Source: an archaeon
Lineage (GTDB): Archaea; Iainarchaeota; Iainarchaeia; Iainarchaeales; CSSED10-239
Assembly (NCBI GenBank): GCA_035400625.1
Contig: DAOMZT010000005.1
Location: 6,596-38,595, forward strand
Reading direction: 5' to 3'
DNA: 32,000 bases
The notes beneath the pieces are model-generated. The model saw only the letters and a list, made by a program, of their open reading frames with translations. It searched no databases and had not been told where the DNA came from. Below are positions 17,896 through 25,489 of this stretch, piece by piece. Within the stretch, counting starts at the first letter, position 1. The number at the start of each line of letters is the position of its first letter. A program made the position numbers and the translations under genes.

Positions 17896-18303
17896 TTATA
17901 ATCTCTTTGGAGTCCTAAATCTTTTTAATATTGCTTTTCTCTTTTCCAAATGCTTTAAAACAAAATTTTCAACTCTGGCTTTTCCCTCATAACTTGAATT
18001 CCAATCAAACTTTTTTGTTTTAGGAGAATAAGTAATTAACTTTACTTTTGATCCTTTTAAATGTGGTGTTACTTTTTCTAAATCATGTATTAAAAATAAA
18101 AAAGAAAAATGAGTATATTTAAAACTGCCTTTTATTTTTCTTGGCGCTATTGAAATGTATTTTTGACCATTTGGATATTCTACAAAAGATATAACTTGCT
18201 CAGAATTGTGATTCTGATTTTTTGCATATATCAAAGTCAAATCTTTTCTTGCTTTTTTAATAACTAATTCTGATTTTTTTAGTTTATCAATTTCTAGAGT
18301 CAT
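17896..18303 (-). CDS. Hypothetical 135-aa basic protein, no recognisable family
   Basis: An intact ORF packed between RuBisCO (6-nt gap) and the phosphatase (2-nt gap) on the same strand. Its codon usage resembles that of its neighbours. No motif recognised. Confidence 0.5.
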   Translation of the reverse strand: MTLEIDKLKKSELVIKKARKDLTLIYAKNQNHNSEQVISFVEYPNGQKYISIAPRKIKGSFKYTHFSFLFLIHDLEKVTPHLKGSKVKLITYSPKTKKFDWNSSYEGKARVENFVLKHLEKRKAILKRFRTPKRL

Positions 18304-18309
18304 ATCTTC

Positions 18310-19779
18310 TTATTTTTTCTTTTTTTGAGTTTTTTCTTGGTTCTTTGATTTCTTTTTTTCAAAGAACTCTATTGCTACTCTTAACTCTTTGTTTTTTGGA
18401 TCTTTAGCATATTTGTGAATATCTATTTTTTTCTTGTATGCCTCACAAGCTTGGACAAGGGCTTTTGCTCCAGCTTTTGTGCCATCAGGATGAGCATGAC
18501 ATCCAGCACCCATTGTTGTTATAAAATCTATTCCTCCCATAATGTCCATAAATGGTTTCAACAATGTTGGGTTTAAACCACCAGAAATGATTGGGCAACA
18601 TTTCTTTATGCCTCTCCATGAATCATCTACTAACATTCTTTTTTTGTTCTTGTCTTTCTCATTTAATTTTTGAAAATCCATATCTTTCTCAGGGATTTTA
18701 AACCATGACTGATCAAAGAAATGACCTTTCGCATAAATTTGCAAGATATTATGTGCAGCAACAATATCTTCTCCTGGACTACCCGCCATCTTTCCTACAC
18801 CTGCAGTTCCAGTATGTATTCCAGAAACACCAGCAAGCCTTGCAAACTTAGAATGAACTAAAACTGAGAAACCAAAAGGGCTTTCTGGTCTGGTATATGC
18901 CCCATGTGATGCTCTATGATAATGAATAAAAACATCAGGATATTTCCTTCTTAGTGTTTGGACAGCCATCCAACCAGCAGTAATTCCATCAATCATGAAA
19001 GCATAAGAGCCTTTTTCAAAGCCAGCATCTTTTATCATCTCACATCTCTTAATCATAGTATCAAAATCTGCCGCAGAGACATTAAAAGAATGGATTTTCT
19101 TTTTTCCAGTTTCTTTAACTGCCTTGTCCATTGCTTCTTTAACATGTTTTACCATTTTATCATAAGGGCAGAAATCTTGATCAGCTTGTGGCTCATCATT
19201 CTTAACAAAATCTCCACCACCAACCCAGAAATCATAACAAACTTCAGCATATTCTGCAGAGGTTAAGCCAATCTTTGGTTTAATTATGGTGCCTAAAATA
19301 GGCCTATCATAAACTCCTAGATATTTTCTCATATCATCAATGGTATAGCTTGGCCCATCATATTGTTCTAACATACTTGGCGGAAACCAAACATCCAAAA
19401 GCTTAAGAGCAGAAACTTCTTTCATGCCTAAGACATTACCCACAACATAAGTTAGAATATTTTGAATATTTCCTCCTCTATCAAATAATCTCCAAGGATA
19501 TGCAATCCAAACTAATTCATCTTTAGTATCCATCTTATAGACTAAGGCATTCATTCGCCTTGAAAATGGAGTTTCTGTATTTACTGCAAAATTTGTTCCT
19601 GATGAAGATTCTGCAGCAATCTCAGATGCAGCTTGCAAGGTATTAAGTCCTTTTCCTGGTTTGAAATGGAAAACACACAACATATATTCTCCATTATATA
19701 ATTGGCTATCTGTCATGTCAAGATTGACATAAGCCTTTTGTTTATCATTTAAAGTTTTATATAATTCAGAATTATTCAT
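18310..19779 (-). CDS. rbcL: Ribulose-1,5-bisphosphate carboxylase/oxygenase large subunit, form II/III type
   Basis: 489 aa. Landmarks are GTIIKPKIGL, GGGDFVKNDEPQ (form II-like KNDE with the carbamylated Lys), HYHRASHG, GIHTGT, SGGLNP and GAGCHAHPDG. An insertion (IPEKDMDFQKLNEKDKNKKRMLVDD) precedes SGGL, as in Methanococcoides-type II/III enzymes. Lys-rich C-terminal tail. GGAAGGTG Shine-Dalgarno-like sequence upstream. Confidence 0.93.
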   Translation of the reverse strand: MNNSELYKTLNDKQKAYVNLDMTDSQLYNGEYMLCVFHFKPGKGLNTLQAASEIAAESSSGTNFAVNTETPFSRRMNALVYKMDTKDELVWIAYPWRLFDRGGNIQNILTYVVGNVLGMKEVSALKLLDVWFPPSMLEQYDGPSYTIDDMRKYLGVYDRPILGTIIKPKIGLTSAEYAEVCYDFWVGGGDFVKNDEPQADQDFCPYDKMVKHVKEAMDKAVKETGKKKIHSFNVSAADFDTMIKRCEMIKDAGFEKGSYAFMIDGITAGWMAVQTLRRKYPDVFIHYHRASHGAYTRPESPFGFSVLVHSKFARLAGVSGIHTGTAGVGKMAGSPGEDIVAAHNILQIYAKGHFFDQSWFKIPEKDMDFQKLNEKDKNKKRMLVDDSWRGIKKCCPIISGGLNPTLLKPFMDIMGGIDFITTMGAGCHAHPDGTKAGAKALVQACEAYKKKIDIHKYAKDPKNKELRVAIEFFEKKKSKNQEKTQKKKK

Positions 19780-19855
19780 AATTACACACCTTCCTAAATA
19801 TAATATTAAAATAGATTATAAACTAGTTTAAAAAGATTGTGGTTTTAAAATATTT

Positions 19856-20269
19856 ATGGAAACAGGTACTTTTTCTGAAAATAATAACGCTGTTGAAGTT
19901 TATATCCTAAATGAGAACAAAGAATTTATTATTGTCTTTTCTGCAGAAGATAATAACATATGTAGCATTCCTTCAGGGATTGCAAAAGAAGAAAACCTTG
20001 AAGATGCAGCTAAAAGAATAGCTAAAGAAGAACTTGCAGCAGACATAAAAATCATAGGTGTTTCTAAAAATACATTTAGTTATGGCGAAAAGAAAGGCAA
20101 AAGTGTTGTTGCTGTTTTAATCCCAAAATATCAGCGTTTGAAGATACTGGGAAAAGACATCTCAGGATACAAATGGATCAATAAAGACCAAATATACAAT
20201 TATCTTGAAAACCTAGATAAATGGCTACAAGCAGAAAAAGTTTTTAAAGAATTTAGCGATTATTTCTAA
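19856..20269 (+). CDS. Small Nudix-like protein with a degenerate Nudix box
   Basis: 137 aa. PSGIAKEENLEDAAKRIAKEELAADI aligns to GGx5Ex7REUxEExGU, but RE is replaced by RI and the final G by A. Divergent from rbcL across a 76-nt spacer. Confidence 0.4.
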   Translation: METGTFSENNNAVEVYILNENKEFIIVFSAEDNNICSIPSGIAKEENLEDAAKRIAKEELAADIKIIGVSKNTFSYGEKKGKSVVAVLIPKYQRLKILGKDISGYKWINKDQIYNYLENLDKWLQAEKVFKEFSDYF

Positions 20270-20290
20270 TCCCCTCTTTCTTTATTTGCC

Positions 20291-21046
20291 CTATACTTGC
20301 ATCTTTGAGAAAAGCTTAGAACCGATAACAAGCATTATTACTGCTAAAACCACAAGAATTATAAGATTAAAGAACATGCTACTTGTTGCTATACCTGACA
20401 AAGCTGATCTAAGCCCTGAAACCCCATAACTTAAAGGATTAATTATTGTAAGCCACTTGATTGATTTTGGAACACCCTCTAAAGGAAAAAGTGCACCAGA
20501 TAAAAAAAAGATAGGCATGATTAGAAAATTCATAATCAATTGAAAACCTTGCATGTCATCAAGCAAAGAAGCAATGGCAGTTCCAAGAGCTGCAAAGAAT
20601 AATGCTATTAATATCATAAAGAGAAGAGCTAAAGGCAACATTGTCCAAGAAATAATGCGAAAACCTAATATTAAAGAGAATAACAAAAATAAAATGCCTT
20701 GTGCCACAGCAACTGTTGCTCCGCCTAAGGTTCTTCCAATCATTATTTCTAAGCGTGAAACAGGAGCAACAAGCGTTTCTTTTAAAAATCCAAATTGCCT
20801 ATCCCAAATAATCTCTATTCCAGACATTACAGAAGCAAAAAGAATAGTCATAGCAATTATACCTGGAACAAGAAACTGCAAATAATTGCCTTGCCCTGCT
20901 TGTGCAAAAACCGGACCAAAACCAAAACCGAAAGAAATTAAAATAATTAATGGCATACCTAAAGAACCAATCATTCTTGGTCTTGATCTATAGTGCCTTT
21001 TGATTTGCCTTAACCATAATATTCCAATTGTGTTCATATCTTTCAT
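20291..21046 (-). CDS. ABC-2 type transporter permease
   Basis: 251 aa, six predicted TM segments. It has the typical ABC-2 N-terminus (LRQIKRHYRSRPRMIGSLGMPLI) and lies 3 nt downstream of its ATPase. Confidence 0.85.
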   Translation of the reverse strand: MKDMNTIGILWLRQIKRHYRSRPRMIGSLGMPLIILISFGFGFGPVFAQAGQGNYLQFLVPGIIAMTILFASVMSGIEIIWDRQFGFLKETLVAPVSRLEIMIGRTLGGATVAVAQGILFLLFSLILGFRIISWTMLPLALLFMILIALFFAALGTAIASLLDDMQGFQLIMNFLIMPIFFLSGALFPLEGVPKSIKWLTIINPLSYGVSGLRSALSGIATSSMFFNLIILVVLAVIMLVIGSKLFSKMQV

Positions 21047-21049
21047 TCC

Positions 21050-21847
21050 TTATTTGTGGTGCCTTCTTTTTAGCCTCATTCTATCTATTGTGCTTGCTTC
21101 TTCATCTCTTATATTATATCCTGTTATTTTAATAAACGCCTCTTCTAATGTTCTTGTTTTGGTTCTCTCCATAAGTTCTTTAGTTGTCCCAATATCAATT
21201 ATCTCTCCACGATCTATTATTGCAATGCTATCAGCATATCTTTCGGCCTCATCCATATAGTGTGTTGTAAAGAATATAGTTGTTCCTTCTCTCTTGTTTA
21301 TTTTCAGAATATAGTTCCAAATGTGGTTTCTGGTCTGAGGATCAAGACCAACAGTTGGCTCATCAAGAAACAATATTCTTGGATAATGCAATAGGCCCCT
21401 TGCAATCTCCAATCTTCTTTTCATACCGCCAGAAAAGTTTTTTACAAGTTCATTTTTTCTATCCCATAACTCAACAATCTTCAATAATTCTTCTATTCTT
21501 TTAAGTCTTTCTTTTTTAGGAACGTGATAGAATATCCCGTGCATGTCTAGATTCTCATAGGCTGTAAGCTCTTCATCAACAGAGGGGTCTTGAAAAACAA
21601 TTCCAAAGTTTTTTCTCACTTCATCTGATTCCTTTTCAGGATCTTTTCCATTAATCAAAACCATACCAGAATCTGCTTTTAAGATTGTTGTTAATATTTT
21701 AATTGTTGTTGATTTGCCAGCACCATTTGGTCCAAGAAAAGCAAAAATGCTTTTTCTTTTTACAGAAAAACTAACATCTTTTAAAACTTGTAATTTACCA
21801 TAATTTTTATTTAGTAAATTTACTTCAATAATTTTATCATTATCCAT
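21050..21847 (-). CDS. ABC transporter ATP-binding protein (DrrA/CcmA-like exporter ATPase)
   Basis: Walker A GPNGAGKSTT, signature FSGGMKRRLEIARGL, Walker B ILFLDEPTVGLD and H-loop TTHYMDEAE. Confidence 0.92.
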   Translation of the reverse strand: MDNDKIIEVNLLNKNYGKLQVLKDVSFSVKRKSIFAFLGPNGAGKSTTIKILTTILKADSGMVLINGKDPEKESDEVRKNFGIVFQDPSVDEELTAYENLDMHGIFYHVPKKERLKRIEELLKIVELWDRKNELVKNFSGGMKRRLEIARGLLHYPRILFLDEPTVGLDPQTRNHIWNYILKINKREGTTIFFTTHYMDEAERYADSIAIIDRGEIIDIGTTKELMERTKTRTLEEAFIKITGYNIRDEEASTIDRMRLKRRHHK

Positions 21848-21941
21848 AGTTTTCCACTTATTGTTAGAATTTGAATATATTATTTATATTATATATGTAT
21901 TTAAATTGCTTTTGTTACCATAAATAATATATGTGATTTTT

Positions 21942-22424
21942 ATGAAAAACAAATATAAATTAATTTTAGCAATGTTATTTTGTTTAGGTGCAGGAATCAT
22001 TGGCTCTTTTGCTACACAGACTGGTCCTGGCTCATGGTATCAGACAATTAACAGACCAGCAATTACTCCACCAGGCTATGTTTTTCCAATTGCTTGGACT
22101 ACTCTTTATATTCTTATGGGCTTGGCTCTTTATATTGTTTGGGCACAACCACCTAAATACAGAAAAGATCCTGCTCTTAAAAAATCAGCAATGATTTTTT
22201 TCTTTATACAATTAATAATTAATATTGCATGGTCATTTTTATTCTTTAGCTTAAAATCACCAATTGCAGGACTAATATGTATAGCAATTCTTTTAGGTTT
22301 AGTTGCAATAACAATCCTTAAATTTTATAAATTAAATGAAAAAGCAGCATATCTTTTGATACCTTATTTGTTATGGTTATGCTTTGCAACAATACTAAAT
22401 TTTCTGATTTTTATTTTAAATTAG
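21942..22424 (+). CDS. tspO: TspO/MBR family tryptophan-rich sensory protein
   Basis: Five TM segments with family landmarks: WYQTINRPAITPPGYVFPIAWTTLYILMG, NIAWSFLFF and LLIPYLLWLCFATILN. The ATG at 21942 is preferred over the track's GTG at 21933. Confidence 0.85.
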   Translation: MKNKYKLILAMLFCLGAGIIGSFATQTGPGSWYQTINRPAITPPGYVFPIAWTTLYILMGLALYIVWAQPPKYRKDPALKKSAMIFFFIQLIINIAWSFLFFSLKSPIAGLICIAILLGLVAITILKFYKLNEKAAYLLIPYLLWLCFATILNFLIFILN

Positions 22425-23277
22425 GCTTTACAAAGGAATTCAAAACAGATCTTTTAAAAGAATCACTAATGTTTCCTTTGTCTTCATTAATTACTTTTTC
22501 AATAAAAGAATAGATTTCTTTTTTCTGAGATGGTTTTGTTCTTAGGAAAACTTCTGAAAGAACATTATTAAAAGCAACCTTTTGCCCAGGTTCCTTTAGC
22601 TTTGGGTTTTGAACAAAACCATCAAAATCTAGAATCATAAAAGTATTCCTGTCTTTATATTTCATAAAAATATCAATTTCTGGATTATACCCTTTTGAGA
22701 TTAAAACCATAGAAGAATAAACAATCTCTTTGAATTTATTTGTATTGTATATTTCTGAAATTTCTGTTCTTTTTGCAAATTTAGAAACTTGTTTTTTATT
22801 TACTTGTTTTGTAAATGCTTGACTTACAAAAACAATTTGACCATCTATTAAAAAAACAGCACATTTTGGAATTAATGGTTGTGATTTATTACCAAACAAG
22901 CCCTCTGGAATTCTTACTGAACTTAAATCAGAAATTACATTTTTATATTTCCTAAGGGTTTCCTGCTGATATCTGTTATATTGCTCTCGTATTTGTCTAT
23001 CTGTTGTCTTAGGTATTTTATTTTTATATATCTTGATTGCTACTCTTTGTTTTGAGCCATCTTGAAATTTAATATCTCCAAGATAAACTTTACCAAAGCT
23101 CCCTTCTCCAAGAAGTATTCTCTTGCCATTTACTCCTCTTCTTAATTTTAAAGACCTAATAAAATTTCCTCTATATTTCCCTGATGGCATTTGAGACTTA
23201 TAAATACGAGTTCTTAATGAAGTCCATTTCTTTTTATTAATTAAAGGAGGATTAATTTTTGCTCTTTTTATTTTCAT
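22411..23277 (-). CDS. Divergent protein-kinase-fold protein (Gly-loop and VAIK Lys present, catalytic loop atypical)
   Basis: 288 aa. LLGEGSFGKVYLG (GxGxxG loop), RVAIKIYK (beta3 Lys, RIO-like KIY) and FMILDFDGF (DFG-like metal-binding Asp). Where HRD/HGD is expected the sequence is SKGYNPEIDIF. The start overlaps the CYTH gene by 26 nt; an alternative ATG is at 23190. Confidence 0.5.
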   Translation of the reverse strand: MKIKRAKINPPLINKKKWTSLRTRIYKSQMPSGKYRGNFIRSLKLRRGVNGKRILLGEGSFGKVYLGDIKFQDGSKQRVAIKIYKNKIPKTTDRQIREQYNRYQQETLRKYKNVISDLSSVRIPEGLFGNKSQPLIPKCAVFLIDGQIVFVSQAFTKQVNKKQVSKFAKRTEISEIYNTNKFKEIVYSSMVLISKGYNPEIDIFMKYKDRNTFMILDFDGFVQNPKLKEPGQKVAFNNVLSEVFLRTKPSQKKEIYSFIEKVINEDKGNISDSFKRSVLNSFVKPNLK

Positions 23278-23800
23278 AGTATTTTAGTAACTTTTTTGTA
23301 CCCCAAGGTAGTGCTTTTCTTTTTGGAACCTTTAATAGCTTTAATATCTTGTCTACATCTTTGAAATCTTTAACTTCTATTTCATAATAGGTTGGAATTT
23401 TAAAAGGCTTAGAGATAGTATCAATATCAAAGGTTGTGGTTCCAAGAACATAAGTGGTTCTTGTCTTTTCTATCCTATGATATCTTTTTAGGCCTAAAAC
23501 AGAAAAAAGATTTTGAACTGTTTTAAAATCAGAAGATACTTCAAACTCTATTTCTTTACAGCTTTTTATGTTATTTCTTATTTCCTTAAATTGTTTATAG
23601 GTTATAAAAACATCTTTTCCCATTTGTCTAACTCTAATTGCTGCGCTTTTTTTCTTTAGTTCCTTATTATCGTAGTTTTCCTGTATTACTTTTCTATCAG
23701 AAAAAAGTTTTTTTGCACCTATCTCTTTTAGTTTCCTCTCTAGTTCTTTCTTATCTATTTCTAGAATTTTTACTTCTATCTCATAATGGTCTTTACTCAT
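23252..23800 (-). CDS. CYTH domain protein (triphosphate tunnel metalloenzyme / CyaB-like)
   Basis: 182 aa. N-terminal ExExK signature (YEIEVKILEI), IRVRQ, KEIEFEV, FDIDT and a second YYEIEVK near the C-terminus, as in CYTH tunnel strands. Confidence 0.75.
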   Translation of the reverse strand: MSKDHYEIEVKILEIDKKELERKLKEIGAKKLFSDRKVIQENYDNKELKKKSAAIRVRQMGKDVFITYKQFKEIRNNIKSCKEIEFEVSSDFKTVQNLFSVLGLKRYHRIEKTRTTYVLGTTTFDIDTISKPFKIPTYYEIEVKDFKDVDKILKLLKVPKRKALPWGTKKLLKYYENKKSKN

Positions 23801-23814
23801 ATTATCTCTCCTCT

Positions 23815-24552
23815 TTATAACAAATCTAATTTTTTAATATATTCTAATGCTAATTTCTTTCTATCCGCATTTTCTGGAAGATATCCTTTTTCCATTTTTA
23901 CAAAATATTTCTTTGTATTCTTATCATATCCAACACTTGAAAAGATAATTGGTATTTTTCTACCTAGCTCTTTTTCAGCCTTTTGAAGAATGTATATCCC
24001 ACCGCTTCTACTGGTGCTTTCACCCAATTTTCTATCTATTGCTTTATTAGGATCCCCTGAATGCCCTCTTGGAAATGTACATATTATTCCGTTCTCTTTT
24101 AAAACTTTTATGCTTTCTATTACTGCTTCTCTTAGTCCTCTTGTTGGATGAGATCTATTAACATTAATCATACCAAAAGATTTTGCAATTTTTCCAATAA
24201 CTGGAAGATTACTAAATCTTAAACGTGTTTCTGGAGTTATTGAAAGCCCAAAGTCAGAGATATAATGCATTTTCTTTTCAGTAAGGGTCTCATAAACTAA
24301 AGGCTCCATTAATTGTTGATGTGTGCTCATTATCATTATTGGCCCTTTGCTTGATTCTTCTGCAATTAAGTTTCTTCCAACAATTTTTATTTTATTTTTT
24401 AATAGTTTTCTGCAGATTGCCTTGTATCGTTTGTATGGCATTTTAGGTGTTTTAGGTTTTTTGGGCGTTGATGATTTTTGAGCTTTCTTTATTTTTGGAC
24501 GAACTAGCTTTTTCTCTGTTGTTGGTTTGATTTTTGATAGTCTTAATGCCAT
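23815..24552 (-). CDS. Lysophospholipid acyltransferase (PlsC/LPLAT superfamily)-like protein with a Lys/Pro-rich N-terminal extension
   Basis: 245 aa. All four PlsC motif positions are recognisable but degenerate: STHQQLMEP (Hx4E instead of Hx4D), FGMINVNRS, TFPRGHSG (FPEGTRS-like) and KIPIIFSSV. The leader is MALRLSKIKP...PKKPKTPK. The start overlaps the dys stop as TAATG. Confidence 0.5.
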   Translation of the reverse strand: MALRLSKIKPTTEKKLVRPKIKKAQKSSTPKKPKTPKMPYKRYKAICRKLLKNKIKIVGRNLIAEESSKGPIMIMSTHQQLMEPLVYETLTEKKMHYISDFGLSITPETRLRFSNLPVIGKIAKSFGMINVNRSHPTRGLREAVIESIKVLKENGIICTFPRGHSGDPNKAIDRKLGESTSRSGGIYILQKAEKELGRKIPIIFSSVGYDKNTKKYFVKMEKGYLPENADRKKLALEYIKKLDLL

Positions 24553-25487
24553 TATATTATCCCTTCTTTACTTAAATTTTCTAATGCTTTAATCATTGCA
24601 AGCGGGAAAGTAATTGTAACATCGCCAATGACTGTTACAGCATCTGCTTCGTCTTTGATCTTTCCCCAAGACTTTGCCTCATCTGTTGTTGCACCAGAAA
24701 GGCTTCCTGATCTTGAAGAGGCTGTTGTCATGTAAAGTGCATAGTCTGCTCCGCCATTTATTAGTGTTGTTAAAATCACATGATGTTTAGAAACACCACC
24801 ACCAAGAGCAATTATCCCTTTCTTCTCGTCATGTGTTGTTGAAAAAATAATCTGCTTAAAATCAGAAATTACATCAATCATAAAATCTTTATGATCCTGC
24901 TGGAAAAGATAAAGATGAAAGCCAAAAGAACCATCGGTTATTGCAGGGCAAAATACAGGAATATTGTTCTTTGCTGCTTGATACAGGAAAGAATTCTCAT
25001 CATTTAGTTTCAAGCCAATTTCTCTTAATAACTCACAAGTTGCCCAAACTTTCTTTTGCTTATAAAGTTCCAAAAGTAGATTTTGCATTTTTCCTTCAAG
25101 TTTTGCATAGCTTTCATTTGTTATAAGTATATTGCCAACTCTGTTTTCTCCTCTCTCATAAAGCTCTTGATCATCTGCCTTAAAAGAAGCAAGAATAAAC
25201 TTTTCACCATCTGCCTTCATTATGTCTTCTTCAATTGCCCCTACTGTTGTACAAACAACGCTTGCCATTTTTAATTTTAAAACCTGTGCGAAAAAACCTC
25301 GTAAGCCAGTAGTTACCATATTTGAGGTAAAAGAAAGATAGACTTTTGCTCCTTCTTTTTTCATCTTCTCTATAAGGTTTGCAGCTCTTGATAGTTCTGA
25401 AGATTGAAATCCAATAGCAGAATAGCCATCAACAAGATCAGAAACACTCATTCCTTTTGTCCATAATAAGTCTTTAGTATATTTCAT
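24552..25487 (-). CDS. dys: Deoxyhypusine synthase
   Basis: 311 aa. Landmarks are FTSNMVTTGLRG, VCTTVGAIEEDIMK, PVFCPAITDGS, GGGVSKHHV (catalytic Lys region) and SGATTDEAKSWGK. Confidence 0.9.
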   Translation of the reverse strand: MKYTKDLLWTKGMSVSDLVDGYSAIGFQSSELSRAANLIEKMKKEGAKVYLSFTSNMVTTGLRGFFAQVLKLKMASVVCTTVGAIEEDIMKADGEKFILASFKADDQELYERGENRVGNILITNESYAKLEGKMQNLLLELYKQKKVWATCELLREIGLKLNDENSFLYQAAKNNIPVFCPAITDGSFGFHLYLFQQDHKDFMIDVISDFKQIIFSTTHDEKKGIIALGGGVSKHHVILTTLINGGADYALYMTTASSRSGSLSGATTDEAKSWGKIKDEADAVTVIGDVTITFPLAMIKALENLSKEGII

Positions 25488-25489
25488 AT

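Noticed and set aside
22411-22424. 14-nt convergent overlap of the tspO and kinase-like gene ends
   Set aside because: It is real in sequence, but short tail-to-tail overlaps are common in compact genomes and imply no specific mechanism on their own.
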